Below the pieces are notes generated by a model. That model saw only the letters and a program-made list of their open reading frames with translations. It made no database searches and was not told where the DNA came from. DNA of 64,000 nt from Octopus vulgaris. Taxonomy: Eukaryota. The position numbers and the translations under genes were made by a program. The stretch lies in contig OX597817.1 of the NCBI GenBank assembly GCA_951406725.2, forward strand, positions 86,676,001 through 86,740,000, given 5' to 3'. This document shows positions 14,056 to 28,250 of the stretch, piece after piece. Within the stretch, counting starts at the first letter, position 1; each line of letters starts with the position of its first letter.

Positions 14056-14309
14056 GGAAAGGTGACTTCATTTTATCAACAAAGGAGCATATTGTTTTCC
14101 TTTTATCTTTCGTTTCAGTCATTAGATTGTGGTCATGCTGGGGCTCTACCTTGAAGAATTTTAGTCGAACGAATCGACCTCAGTACTTTTTTTGTAGCCT
14201 AGTACTTAATATATCGGTTTCCTTTGCCGAACCGCTAGGTACACACCAACACCGGCTGCCAATCGGTGGTGGGGGACATAGACACGAAGTCACGCAGAAC
14301 GCAGACATA

Positions 14310-14380
<71 letters not shown>

Positions 14381-14381
<1 letters not shown>

Positions 14382-14699
14382 GGCGCGTGGCTTAGTGGTT
14401 AGGGTTTTCGACTCGCGATTGTAAGGTCGTGAGTTCAGTTCCCGCCGACGCGTTGTGTCCTTCAGCAAGACACTTTATTTCACGTTGCTCCAGTCCACTC
14501 AGCTGGCAAAATCTGTTGTACCTGTATTTCAAAGGGCCAGATTTGTTACACTCTGTGTCACGCTGAATCTCCTTGAGAACTACGTTAGGGGTACACGTGC
14601 CTGTGGAGTGCTCAGCCACTTGCACGTTAATTTCACAAGAATGCTGTTCCGTTGATCTATCAACTGGGACCCTCGTCGTCGTAACCGACGGAGTGCTCC

Positions 14700-14700
<1 letters not shown>
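14381..14700 (+). mobile_element. tRNA-derived SINE family B
   Basis: A-box TGGCTTAGTGG, B-box GAGTTCAGTTCC, then GTTGTGTCCTTCAGCAAGACACTT and a non-tRNA body. Confidence 0.75.
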
Positions 14701-14768
<68 letters not shown>

Positions 14769-14928
14769 TAAACAGAGTTAGCGATTATAATAACCGACTA
14801 AAGAGATAAAATAACCGTATATCCTATCGGTATCCGTTACCCGTATTATCCCTAGGGATTGGTGTGCAGGCACACCATACACGAAGAGTGCAGCTAACAA
14901 CAGGAAAAACGAGAGTTTATCAGGAACC

Positions 14929-15224
14929 AATGCAAATAATAAGAAAATGGAGAAAACCTCTGATTAACAAACACATCGATTGGACCACATTTTTAGCATA
15001 TTTTTTAATACAAAGCATGACATTACAAATAGGTGACGTAACATATGTTACGCCTGTTTATTTATAGACACCGTTTTGGCAACAGATCGGAAGCGGCCGC
15101 AAGATATTTTACGTCACCTTATTTCTTATGTCATGCTTTGTATTAAAAAAATAAGCTAAAAATGTGGTCCAATCGATGTGTGTTAGTTAAACTGAGGTTT
15201 TATCAATTTTCTAATTATTTGCAT
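14929..15224. repeat. Foldback/MITE-like inverted repeat with about 120-bp arms
   Basis: ACACATCGATTGGACCACATTTTTAGC..AATACAAAGCATGACAT..AGGTGACGTAA is mirrored by TTACGTCACCT..ATGTCATGCTTTGTATT..GCTAAAAATGTGGTCCAATCGATGTGT. Confidence 0.8.
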
Positions 15225-15267
15225 TATATATATATATATATATAAATGTATATGTTAGTGTGTGTGT

Positions 15268-15341
<74 letters not shown>

Positions 15342-16112
15342 ATGTATGTATGTATGTATGTATGTATGTATGTATAGAGCAGGAGTGAATGTGTGGTAAG
15401 TAACCTTCTTACCAACCACATGGCCTCGGGTTCAGTCCCACTGTGTGGTACCTTGGGCAACTGTTTTCTACCATAGCCTTGTGAGTGGATTTGACATACA
15501 GAAAAAAAAAAGAAAGAGAAAAAAAGGAAGAAAGAGAGAAAAAAGAGAAAAAAGTGAATGTAATTTGGTTTCAGTTGTGGAGCATGAAAATGAGGAAGAT
15601 TTGGTTACTATTTTAGTGACCCTGATAGGATGAAAGACAATGTTAAATACAGTAGGATTTGAACTCTTTTCACTTTTTTCTCCCTTTTATTCTCTCTTTC
15701 TTTCTTTCTTTTTTCTCTTTCTTCCTCTCATTTTCTCTTCCTGTTTTCAATTTGACCTATCTCCTCATTCTAATCATACACGTCTCTCCCCACCCCCATC
15801 TATCCACAAATACTACCAATACATTCTCAAATTTTTATTCACACCACAAGACCCTTTCCAATGAACAACACAGAATCCACGGCTCCATACTTTGAAATGG
15901 CTACTATTGGAACCTACATACCATGTACGGGAAATTTTTTTATCACTTTCCTCGAATAATGGAGCTGCAACTACAATATCTTTATATATTTTATATTTTA
16001 TTTCTACTTTCATTCTCTTATTTCCCTCTATATTCCCTACCTCCTCCTCCTTTTCTATAATAATTCCTTATTTCGAACTCAAATATTTACCTCTATTTGA
16101 CCATTTCACATC

Positions 16113-16160
16113 GTCTCTGTTGAAGGGTTATCCATAATATCCCAGAAACAGCTGTAAGAC
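16113..16160 (+). ncRNA. Type I hammerhead-like motif (variant core CTGTTGA) in a PLE-like 3' end
   Basis: GTCT-CTGTTGA-AGGGTTAT..ATATCCCA-GAAAC-AGCT-GTA-AGAC. Stem I GTCT/AGAC, palindromic stem III. Confidence 0.6.
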
Positions 16161-16225
16161 TATATTTTTTTTCTTATAAATGTCCTGAAAACTCCTCACA
16201 TCCTTGGTTTTGTTATCTCATTTTG

Positions 16226-16288
<63 letters not shown>

Positions 16289-16475
16289 TATATATATATG
16301 CATATGCATACTAATACAAGACCCACATTAGACTCCTCACTCGGATCACTATCGAACCAAGAGTTTAGCTACGGTCTGTCCATAGCACTTAATTAGCGTT
16401 ACCTGCCACTCTTTGGGTCTTCTAGATACCAATACCTCTCATACCCTCACTATATATATTTGTGTGTGTATGTGT

Positions 16476-16536
<61 letters not shown>

Positions 16537-16914
16537 TGTGTCTGTGTTTGTCCCCCACCATCGTTTGACAACCGATGTTGGTGTGTTTACGTCCCCGTAA
16601 CTTAGCGGTTCGGCAAGAGGGACCGATAGCACAAGTACTAGGCTTACAAAGAATAAGTCCTGGAGTGGATTTGTTCGACCAAAGGTGGTGCTCGAGCATG
16701 GTCGCAGTTAAATGACTGAAACAAATAAAAGAATATAAAGAGTAATCTTTTTTAAAAAAATTAGGTATACGGCTGTCATATGGGTGAAACATACTATGAA
16801 TGCTTTTTGATACCAGTTCGCCTGAGACTGTCCCTGTTTTTAAGATACAAACTTCCTGTAGTGTAAATTAAAACCTTCTATCAAAATTTCATATTAATTC
16901 TTGTTCTTTGCAAA

Positions 16915-17130
16915 GGCATCGAGCTGGCAGAATCGTTAGTGCGCCGGAGGCAACAGCTTGGCAACATTTCTTCTGGTCCTTTATGGTTTGCGTTCAAATT
17001 CCGCCAGGATCAACTTTGCCTTTCATCCTTTCGGGATCGATAAAATAAGCACCAGTTGAACACTGGGGTCAATGTAATCGACTAGCCATCTCCCCAAAAT
17101 TCCAGGCCTTGTACCTATTATTGAAAGAAT
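16915..17130 (+). mobile_element. SINE family C (central CTTTGCCTTTCATCCTTTCGGGGTCGATAAAATAAGTACC, MetaSINE-like)
   Basis: GAGCTGGCAGAATCGTTAG head, GTTCAAATTCC B-box-like motif. Inserted into an older repeat that also occurs uninterrupted at about 62300-62460. Confidence 0.7.
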
Positions 17131-17450
17131 TTATGTTCATTACACCATCTTAATAATGGCTCAGTTATTTTACTAAATCCTTCATTGTTTTAGAAACTAA
17201 TTGAAACAAATGCAGTATTTCAACAGAAATGATAGTTAAACCAACTTATAACCAAAAAAGCAAGGGGCATCTTCAAATGTTAACAAAAAATATATCATTC
17301 ATAAGTATCCATAGCTAGTAGAGGTTAGTTTGATAGATTCAGACAGTGGCACAACCTACACGACACTCATTTCTCTTAAGGTAGAAGAGTAGACACCCAA
17401 GTAACCAAGAAATATCTCCACCTTTTTAAGAATATCATCGAATGTGGCAA

Positions 17451-17511
<61 letters not shown>

Positions 17512-17909
17512 CTCTCTCTTTCTCTCTCTTTTGATACTAATATTCTTTTGTGTAGATTTTACTTTCAGCATGGTAAATATTTTTTTTATGAAAAGATTAA
17601 TCACAAAACTGGTTGTTATGAAAAGTTGAAATGTGCTCTGCAAACCATTCCAATGGTTCTGTTCAAATAAAATAACAAACGTCAATGACTTTCCAAATTC
17701 AAGGGAGACAAGTTTAAGTCCATGTACAGAATCTGACTCATTTTCTTTAGATGTGACGAATTTCTCTCACGGTTATTTCAATGCATGTTATCTCATTGTT
17801 TATGTTTAGTTTGACACTTCATGCTAAAAATAAACGGAAATAATTTAACATATTAAGTTTTCCTGTACCAGCGCGCGCACGCGTACACATACACACACAC
17901 ATCGTGTGT

Positions 17910-17988
<79 letters not shown>

Positions 17989-17997
17989 TGTGATGGA

Positions 17998-18372
17998 TAG
18001 GGCCGGATTAAGGCCCATAGAGGCCCTAAGCACTTAAAAGGTTTTGGTGCCCTCGAGTATACGTAAATGATTCAAAATGTAAACAAAAATTACTCAAAAT
18101 GTAAAAAATAATAAACCATAAAACAAATTTTTAGTTTTCAAAATGAAGCAAAATTCACAGTAAGACGGAAAATAATGTTTATTTTCATTTGCTTCCACCG
18201 GTTAAATTGCATGGGATTTGGTTTGGTTCAGACCTCCAAATAAACAAGAGCTACGACAAAATGACGAGCAGAGTTGCTAGCTTCACCTAGAAATAGACAG
18301 AAATGAAACTATCTCTGTAGGGTTGGCCAGAGGTTGGCCACTTTATTTATATTTGAAAAGTTTTCTCCTTGG

Positions 18373-18422
<50 letters not shown>

Positions 18423-18610
18423 GCAAAGTCTTCGATGATATTGTTAGAATTAATTTTACGTAAAACTTCTGCGTCTTTACTTTGAAGAGATAAAGCATTA
18501 CGAATATTATTTTAGCAAGTTTAAAGTGATTTCTTTTGTACCGTAAACCATTTTCCTTTCTGTAGTGTCCCTATCCCTTGATACCCAAAGCACGTGCTTA
18601 TTTTGCTTAA
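17998..18610 (-). mobile_element. hAT non-autonomous remnant
   Basis: Terminus TAGGGCCGGATTAAGGCCC. Minus strand encodes EVLRKINSNNIIEDFA, resembling a hAT dimerisation-domain C-terminus. Confidence 0.55.
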
Positions 18611-18731
18611 ATTTTGATACCAGTTCGCCTGAGACTGTCCCTGTAGTGTAAATTAAAACCTTTCATCAAAATTTCATATTAATTTCTGTTCTTTGCAAAG
18701 GCATCGAGCTGGCAGAATCGTTAGTGCGCCG

Positions 18732-19206
18732 AATGATGGGTATCAACGAGACCACAGACATGAACATTCGCGCCCATCTTCGGCGACTATGTGATGTGGA
18801 AGTAGGTTTCAAGGGGCATCCTGCAAGAACTAGGATATCTATGTATGCATATGTGGACATCACTGTGCCTCCTTATGAGAGCTCAAAATCTCTCGTGGAA
18901 GCGTCATCCAACCAAAATGCAAATATATGGGAAACTACCACCTGTGTCATTTCTTGTGAAAGGTAGGAGAGTCCAGTTTGCTCGACATTGTTGTAGAGCT
19001 GAAAACGAGGCAATTTCTATTCTTCTCCTCTGGAAGCCATCTACTCGCAACACCAGAGGGTGCACACTCTCCTACCCTGATGTAATCTCCAGGGATACAG
19101 GCATCCAGCAACAGGACCTCCGTAATGCCATGATGGACCGTGAAGTCTGGCGTAGCATGGTAAATTCCATTGTCTTGACCACGGTCGAACAATGATGATG
19201 ATGATG
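18732..19206 (+). mobile_element. RTE-clade LINE 3' fragment
   Basis: HPTKMQIYGKLPPVS..RRVQFARHCCR..LLLWKP..YPDVISRDTG..AMMDREVWR, with a (TGA)n tail. Confidence 0.8.
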
Positions 19207-20520
19207 AAGTGTCGGACACCGAACACATGGAGGTGATTGTCACTACTCTAAGGAAATATGAAGCGGTGACAGAAGTAAAAATTAACCAGGAGAAATCGTG
19301 GAGCCTAGAGTTCATGCAATCCAACAGCGTCGAAGGGTGCTGGAAAGACGGACCGGTTAAATTGCATGGGATTTTGTTTGGTTCAGACCTCCAAATAGAC
19401 AAGAGCTACGACAAGATGACGAGCAGAGTTGCTAGCCTCACCTAGAAATAGACAGAAATTAAACTATCTCTATAGGGTTGGCCAGAGGTGGAGAATTCCT
19501 ACATTGCATCCGCCATCTGCTGCCGTCTTACCATCGTACTTTTCATGACTAACCAGAATGGAGTGCTACCACCATCGTAGCTTTCATGGCTTACCAGAAT
19601 GGAGTGCTACCACCATCGTACCTTTTATGGCTTACCAGAATGGGGTGCTACCACCATCGTAGCTTTTATGGCTTACCAGAATGGAGTGCTTGCTTTTCCG
19701 TCTTCTGTAGAGAGGGCGTGTTCTACTGGTCAGATGGTCAATTTGCTATAAACATCAGCTGCGTGGAGGACTGGGTATGATGTGGTTAATGATGCACAGA
19801 CATGCATTAAGTGCACTAAAACTACATCTCCAGCGTTTCCTTGACGATGCAGTGTGGTTACTGCTTGTCAGACGCACTTTTCCGTAGCTCGTTTCTTTGA
19901 CAGAGTTGCAATCTTGGATCAAGCGTAGAACGGGGCAGGTCGCCTGCTACCTAGAAAACCGTCGTACGCTCACAATCCTCTACCGATTGGACAATGCAGT
20001 CGGTGGATATTCCTCCAAGGTGTTCTATAGAGGATTATGGATGGATAAGAGCGACGATGATCTCTGGAAAACTTTGATGTCGATGAAAATCATCTGGCTG
20101 GTCTTTTTCCGGAAGACTTTCGAACCGGAGCCCATGAATAATTTCCAGAATCCTTGGATCTCTGTAAATTATCCAATGCGCCGGCTAATGGAGACGATAA
20201 CATTGCCTGTTCGGGATAAACTCTACAGACATGATAATGCCATCAGCAGCGCCAAAGAATGAAAGCGCGCAAAGTGACGAAATCGTCTTGCACGCGCTTG
20301 TACAGTTCTCGATCATTTCTGACTTATGGAATTATGTCGAAAAGCTGCTATTGCATGTAGGACGGATTCACCTATCAATCGACCTATCAATGACCGCGCC
20401 GCCTTTCTTTGAACGCAAATGAAAGGACTAAAGACAAACACTTTCCTTTTCAGCCAAGCCCTCGTCGACATTTTCAAGTTTCACTTAAAAAGAAAGGTGA
20501 AGGTTAAGAGAAATATGCTG
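19207..20520 (+). mobile_element. Degenerate L1/Tx1-clade ORF2 fragment
   Basis: LRKYEAVTEVKINQEKS, DGPVKL.GI.FGSDLQIDK, LPVRDKLYRH, EIVLHALVQ; many stops and frameshifts. Confidence 0.75.
19528..19690 (+). repeat. 41-bp minisatellite, 4 copies, inside the Tx1 remnant
   Basis: Unit ACCACCATCGTAGCTTTCATGGCTTACCAGAATGGAGTGCT; CCAGAA recurs at 19553, 19594, 19635 and 19676. Confidence 0.9.
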
Positions 20521-20566
<46 letters not shown>

Positions 20567-20587
20567 GCACGCACGCGCGCGCGCACG

Positions 20588-20628
<41 letters not shown>

Positions 20629-21255
20629 AGAGTAAATTTGTTGAAAAGCTCACACATTTTCCTGCATGATTGGTATGAATGTGACACTCGCTTACAACTA
20701 TTGCATGAAACGAAGGCAAGGAGACAGTAAAACAAACACACGCGCACTCACATACATGTGTGTGGGAGGCTAGCTGTTAGAAGAGAGAGGTTCAAAAACC
20801 TCACAAACCTGCTCAGACGTTTTCAACTGTCTGACAGGTGCCGACTGCATTTCTCGAATGTGCCAGTTGGACATGAACGAAACTGCATCGGATCATCTTA
20901 GAGTTGTCTATATGGCAGTAAATAAGGATAGCGTAAGTTATTCGCTTTTCAAAAATCTTCGGCTACACAGGCCACAAATTTGTGATCAGGATAGTCGACG
21001 CAAAGGCAAGGACTCGGATACTGGAAGCTAAACATGTCACACCCGGCGTGCCAAGCTTACAGAGACCGGATTAGAAAATTAGTTAAGCGGACGTTGACGG
21101 GATCGATCGTCAACAACAAATAATGGTTGTCCTGAAAAGGACAATTAGTGTAGAATCTATTAGAATGTTGGGAATTTTAAAAAGTTAAAATGAGTGTTAA
21201 ACGTTGCGTGCGTATACAATATAGCTTAGACTAGAAAATAGTTCCGCTGGTATCT

Positions 21256-21303
<48 letters not shown>

Positions 21304-21856
21304 CAAAGACGAGAAAATGCCGGGCGACAAACGAAGATTAGAAAACGAAGTAAACAAGAATAATGGAAGGCTAAATACGGAAAAATGTCCTTTATAATAT
21401 ATGTAGTTCTTTTACGATGTGTGTATAATGAATATTAATATTATTATTCCTTATAATGAATATTAATATCCCTTGTAACTAATATTAATATTCCTTCATA
21501 ATTAATATTAATTAGTATTCCTTTATATTGTGTGTTAATATCACTCGACGAAACTGACATCGGTTAATTCATAACAATTCTCCTGATATTGTTCGTGTCT
21601 TTTTTGTGGACAACAGCAGCACCAGCACCACCAGTAACATCAGCACCAGCACCACCAGTAACATCAGCAGCATCAGCAGCCACAGTAGTAGTTTTGTCTT
21701 CCTATTTTTATCGAGTAAAGAAAAAAACGAAAAAACGAAAATGATAATATTCCGACTGAAAGCAACAGCCTGAATAACGTTCATTTTATAAATAGCTGAG
21801 CTAACAGGAGGTACGCTACTACAACTACTACTACTACAACTACTACTACTACTACA

Positions 21857-21921
<65 letters not shown>

Positions 21922-22001
21922 CGGTGGTGGTGGTGGTGGCAGCGGCGGCGGCGGTTGTAGTAATAGCAATGGTGGTTGTTGTAGCTGTGGTTGCAGTGGC
22001 G

Positions 22002-22076
<75 letters not shown>

Positions 22077-22409
22077 CTCAGTGAGTGTAACTTTCATTCC
22101 TGATTGCCGACACACACACACACACACATGCACACATTTACACATATTACACATACCTACACACATATATTCTCATATATACATACACACGTACAAATAA
22201 ACATACGCACACTACTACAAACCCTCTATACTTAATTTCTTATCTTACCTGAAGTCACAATTTATTTATCTCCTTTACTTTGATGACCGAAACTTGCTTC
22301 AGCTCTTGAGAAGTTCATTCTAGCTTAACGCCCTCTTCTGATATCAATGAGTTCGAATCCAGGGTAGTAAAGGTGGAGTCGATAATCTCGGGCCCCAATG
22401 ATTATACAG

Positions 22410-22800
22410 TAATCCAGACAGTTTGCCTTCTTCAATCATTTGCCTTTTTCAGAACCTTAGGTGCCTCATTTGGGACGTCACAGTTTGTGACTCCTTTGCT
22501 CCCTCCCACATCCTGGATACTGCGGTAAATGGGAGGATCACTGCTTCCGAAGCCAAACAGAAGAAAATCCTTAAGTATCGGGACTTGTCAGTGAACCGTT
22601 TCTTTCAGCCTGTGACGTTTGAGACATTTGGAGGGGCAGGTCTACAAACAGCGCAGTTCCTGTCATCGTTGGTGGCTCGCCTTACCGAGCTGTCAGGTGA
22701 TGCCCTGTGAGGGTGCTTGGCTGTTGCAACACCTTAGTCACACCATCGCCCGTGGTAAAGTTACGAGCGTGTTGGCTTACTTCAGTAGGTTCTCTTGAAC
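22410..22800 (+). mobile_element. CRE-clade LINE 3' fragment (restriction-like endonuclease)
   Basis: LIWDVTVCDSFAPSH..KKILKYRDL..FQPVTFETFGGAG..QHLSHTIARG. Confidence 0.75.
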
Positions 22801-22954
22801 CTTGTGGTGTGCAACCAAACTAATGCACTTAATGTTGAATTGTGCTTTTTTTTTCTTCTTTGCTCCTATTTATGTTTTCTTCGGTTTTGGATTTGTATTC
22901 TAATGTGGCTGTGTATTATTTATGTATCATATACATACGTGTTATATATACTCT

Positions 22955-23350
22955 TTTACTTGTTTCAGTCATTAGTCATTTGACTGCGGCCATGCTGGAG
23001 CACCGCCTTTAGTCGAGGAAATCGACCCCAGGACTTATTCTTCGTAAGCCTAGTACGTATTCTATCGGTCTCTTTTTGCCGAACCGCTAAGTTATGGGGA
23101 TCTAAACACACCAGCATCGGTTGTCAAGCGATGTTGGGGGGACAAACACAGACACACAAACATACACACATATATATACATATACATATATACGACGGGC
23201 TTCTTTCAGTTTCCGTCTACCAAATCCACTCACAAGGCTTTGGCCGGGCCGAGGCTATAGTAGAAGACACTTGCCCAAGGTGCCACGCAGTGGGACTGAA
23301 CCCGGAACCATGTGGTTGGTAAGCAAGCTACTTACCACACAGCCACTCCA
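22955..23350 (-). mobile_element. SINE family A, full length
   Basis: Highly similar to 655-1098. Confidence 0.85.
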
Positions 23351-23385
23351 GCGACTATATGTAATTACTAAATGCAAATCTTAAT

Positions 23386-23751
<366 letters not shown>

Positions 23752-23806
23752 ATATAAATTCAGGACTCGAGTGAATCAGGTACTTAAATGGTAAAGCACT
23801 GAGTCG

Positions 23807-24577
23807 GGATCTTTTCCTTTTGAACAGCAGTTTTCAACACAATTTCTAGTTAACTAAACACTTTTAAACTCAAAATAAAACATTAGTTTCTCTTGGCTTT
23901 CTTGAGAAAATTGTAATTTGTAAGTTTAACGTAGTTTAATTTTTCGAATTTTAACCAATCCTATTTAGCTAAAATCATTTGCTGCATCTAAAACTGAGAC
24001 AACATCCTGTCACTAACTCTAACTCTAACCCTCACCTTCACCCTAACCCTAATCCTAAATTTTAGCCTTTCGTTTTTTTTTCTTAATTGTTAAATTAATT
24101 TAATTGTTACGCGTGTGTCTAAAATTATTCGTTTTGTTTTTGTTTTGAGTTTTTGCTTTCGTTTTAGCCTTTCGTTTTTTTTTTCTTAATTGTTAAATTA
24201 AAATTATTTTCCATTGCTTTCGTTTTAGCCTTTCGTTGTTTTTTTTTTCTTAATTGTTATCCTTAAATTAATTTAACAATTAAGAAAAAAAAAAACGAAA
24301 GGCTAAAATTTAAGGTTAGGGTTAGGGTGAGGGTTAGGGTTAGTGACAGGATGTTGTCTGTTTTAGACGCGGCAAATGATTTTAGCTCAATAGAGGCGAT
24401 AGGATTGGTTAAAATTCGAAAAATTAAACTACGTGAAACTTACAAATTACAATTTTCTCAAGAAAGCCAAGACAAAAAAATGTTTTATTTTGACACATTC
24501 TACCAGTATACGAAGTTTAAAAGTGTTTAGTTAACTAGAAATTGTGTTGAAAATTGCCGTTCAAAAGGAAAAGATCC
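23807..24577. mobile_element. Merlin-like foldback MITE with about 290-bp inverted arms and telomere-like repeats
   Basis: Ends GGATCTTTTCC / GGAAAAGATCC. Flanks CTGAGTCG / CCGAGTCG (7/8 TSD). Arms contain CCCTAA/TTAGGG runs; the centre has three tandem TTTTAGCCTTTCG..TTAATTGTT units. Confidence 0.85.
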
Positions 24578-24691
24578 CCGAGTCGGGCGAAAAAAAGGAA
24601 GTGGTGTATACTACGAAATCAGAGGAACAGATACCTACGTACATATAAATATGTATCTATGCATGTATGTATGTATGTTATGTGTGTCTGT

Positions 24692-24767
<76 letters not shown>

Positions 24768-25642
24768 CCTACCACCTTTGTTTACTCCCTCATAACCTGA
24801 TATTTCGGCAAAAGAGACGGATATGATAAGTACCGGGCTTTAAAATAAATAAATAACTACGGTTGCGATTCGTTGATTAAAACATTTTTTACTATGGACC
24901 CCTTGGATGACTATTTTAATTTGATTTCTATTCTGGTATACCCCCATAGCCATTCGGTGTTTAAAAACTAGTATTATAGAAACTTCTTTCAAAATTCCAA
25001 TTTCGTTAATCACACGTTCATTTGTGTAGGCCAAACTTTGTAAAATATTAGAGAAAAAGACCTAGCTGTTTTTTGGTAATACATACCAATACATACATCT
25101 AAAGCAAAATTTTTTCAGAGGCCCTTAAAATACTATTGTGAATCCCTAATTTACTAATTTGTTGCGTGGACCCTCAAAAATCTTATATGGACCGTCAAGG
25201 GCCATATGGACTAAACCACTGGACTAAACTTTTTAAGATTGTGCTCCAGCATGGCCGCTGTCTGATGAGTGAAAAAAAATGAAAAATAGATATCTCTAAC
25301 TTAAATATAGAAATAAAAAGTATTCTTTCACTTTATGGCTATAAAATTTATAGTAGGAAATTTTTCGTAAGCAATAGGCATTGAAATATTCAATTTATTT
25401 TTATAAATTGTATTCTCCGTTATTTTAATCGAGGAATTCCTCCATCACCTCCAGAAGAAAATCAAAAAGAAATTAGCTTAAAATAGAAAAAGAAATAGAA
25501 ATGAGGATGAAAACTAAACCTTTGAATTTTTTGTTTTTGGTAAAATCGTATATTTTTATTGAAAACAAAGGAATCCGAACAAGTGAGTGAGTGCTTATTG
25601 GCAACGCCCACCTGGATGAAGTGCTATTTCAACTTTTGCTAA

Positions 25643-26490
25643 AGCGGTGAGCTGGCAGAATCGGTAGCACGTCGGGCGAAGTGCTTAGCGACATTTCTTC
25701 CGTCTTCGTGCTCTGAGTTCAAATTCCGCCGAGGTTGACTTTTGCCTTTTATCCTTTCGGGGTCAATAAAATAAGTACCAATTGAACATTGGAGTCGATA
25801 TAATTGACTTACCATTCTCCCAAAATTGCTGACCTTGTGCCAAAATTTGAAATTAATATTTCAACCTTCAGTTTGTGACCATAAACCGAAATAATGCCTA
25901 ATAAGAAAAAAAAAAACGATCTGTCCCGTGCCCTACCAAAAATATTTTAACACTTAATGGTTTCAGATTTTTGGCACCAGGCCAGCAATTTTATAAATGG
26001 GGCAAGTCGATTGTGTTGACTCCTGTACTTAACAGCTACTTTATATTATAGACCCCCGAAACTTTGGTGGCATTTAAATTCAGCACATAAAGAATCGGAA
26101 AAAATGCCGCTAAGCATTTTGTCTGACGCACCGACGATTCTGACATCTTGCCGCCTTAATTAATTGTTTGCGCTATAGGCACAAGGCCCGATATTTGTGG
26201 GGAGGGGGAAAGTCAATTAAATTGACCCCAATACTTGACTGTAACTATATTTTATCGATCTTGGAAGGATAATAGACAAAGTGGACTTCGGCAGCATTTT
26301 AACTCAAAACGTAAAAACGGAAGAAATGCTGGCTCACTGCTTTCTTTCTATTACAGGCACGATACCTGAAAATTTTCGGGTAGGAGCTAGTCGATGTAAT
26401 CGACTCCAGTGCAGGATTCGTACTTATTTTACCGACCCCGAAAGGATGAAAGACAAAGTCGATCTCGGCAGAATTTGAACACAGAACTTA
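25643..26490. mobile_element. SINE family C cluster: one plus-strand copy and three tandem minus-strand copies
   Basis: 25643-25855 on +; units at about 25957-26160, 26170-26330 and 26340-26490 on -. Confidence 0.7.
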
Positions 26491-27081
26491 AAGAGAATTT
26501 TGTTTAATTACTTCCAACCACATCAGTTTTTCAAATTTTCCCTTGATGATTTTTTTTTTTTTTATGTAGCTACGAATGTAGTTTTACACGCTAATAATGA
26601 AAATCTCATTCGTTTTTTCTAGAAATTAATAAGAAAATTGCAAGCTTTTAAAGTTATGCAATTTTAGTCACTCGAAGCCACGGTTGCTGAATATACCAGA
26701 CGTCATGATTGACGCCATGGAAACAGCACACACGAAACCTTTTTACGTGCTCTCTCGACCTAGTAGAATCAACAGCCAAATCTTCTTTAAACAACACCAT
26801 AAGTAGTTATTTATTTAGAGCAAACCACATTATACATAGATAAGAATTGGACAACTGACAACACATAACAATTGTAGATAGGTGAAGACATTTCCAAATA
26901 ACACAAGCAAGGCTATCTTTCGATAACCGTATACGAAATGCGAAGCTATTTTTTCGGCAATTTCCGTAAAAAAAATTTGTATTTCTTTAATTTTTTTCAG
27001 CTGAATCACTTATGTTTATATATTTTTTTCTGAATGTATTTTTGCGTGCATGTATTATGTGTTTATGTGTGTGTGTATGGA

Positions 27082-27112
<31 letters not shown>

Positions 27113-27889
27113 AGATAAATTCTATTTACATAAAGTCGAGGTCTCATTCATTCTTTTGTTGTCATAATAAAATATATATATTTGTGTAAATAAGCACTGT
27201 ATATGTATGTGTATTTTGTGATGTGTATACACATACATACACAAATATACATACACACACATAAATATTCTTTTATTTTTTACTTGTTTCAGTCATTTGA
27301 CTGTGGCCATGCTGGATCACCACATTGAAGGGTCGAGCAAATTGACCCCAGGGGTTTTTTTTCTCTTTTTAACCTGGTACTTATTGTATTAGTTTCTCTT
27401 TGCCGAAGTGCTAAGTTACGGGGACGTAAACACACCAACACCGGTTGTCAAGCGGTGGTGGGAGACACACACAGACATAAAGACACACACACGTATATAT
27501 ATATATATATATATATATACTGTTGTGTCTGGGAAGAAAGACGCAACGAAAATGTTGGGAAAATAAAAAAAGAAATATGTGGAAATTTTACCGGTGAGTG
27601 TGTTAAATTATAAGGCACAAAAAGAAAATGACTCTCCCCAGACACAACAGAGTATGCTTCAACCCACGAGCTCACATAAAGAATCTTGCAAACCAAATCC
27701 GAAAGCGAAATATATGTATATATGATCAACACAAGGCTATAGTAGAAGACACTTGCCCAGGGTTCCACGCAATGGGACTGAACCCGGAACCATATGGTTG
27801 AGGAGCAAACTTTTTGCCACGCAGTCACGCCTGCGCACACAAAAAAAAAGCATAAATATAAGCGATTCAGCTGGAAAAAGATTAAAGAA

Positions 27890-28250
27890 ATGGCTGTGTG
27901 GTAAGTAGCTTGTTTACCAACCATATGGTTCCGGATTCAGTCCCACTGCGTGACACCTTGGGCAAGTGTCTTCTACTATAGCCTCGGGCCGACCAAAGCC
28001 TTGTGAGTGGATTTGGTAGACGGAAACTGAAAAAAGCCTGTCGTATATATGTATATATATATATGCGTGTGTGTGTTTGTGTCTGTTTGTCCCCCTAGCA
28101 TTGCTTGACAACCGATGCTGGTGTGTTTATATCCCCGTTACTTAGCGGTTCGGCAAAAGAATAAGTCCCGGGGTGGAGTTGCTCGATTAAAGGCGGTGCT
28201 CCAGCATGGCCGCAGTCAAATGACTGAAACAAGTAAAAGAGAATAAAAGA
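27890..28250 (+). mobile_element. SINE family A, full length (a split minus-strand copy lies at 27270-27836)
   Basis: Head-to-tail match to family A. Confidence 0.85.

Noticed and set aside
14381-14450. tRNA-like sequence (also the heads of SINE A)
   Set aside because: No complete acceptor stem; it runs straight into the SINE body.
19528-19690. Regularly spaced repeats as a possible CRISPR array
   Set aside because: Contiguous 41-bp tandem units with no unique spacers, eukaryotic context, no cas genes.
20757-21580. Possible solo LTR or LTR plus primer-binding site
   Set aside because: No second LTR, TSD or convincing PBS could be verified.
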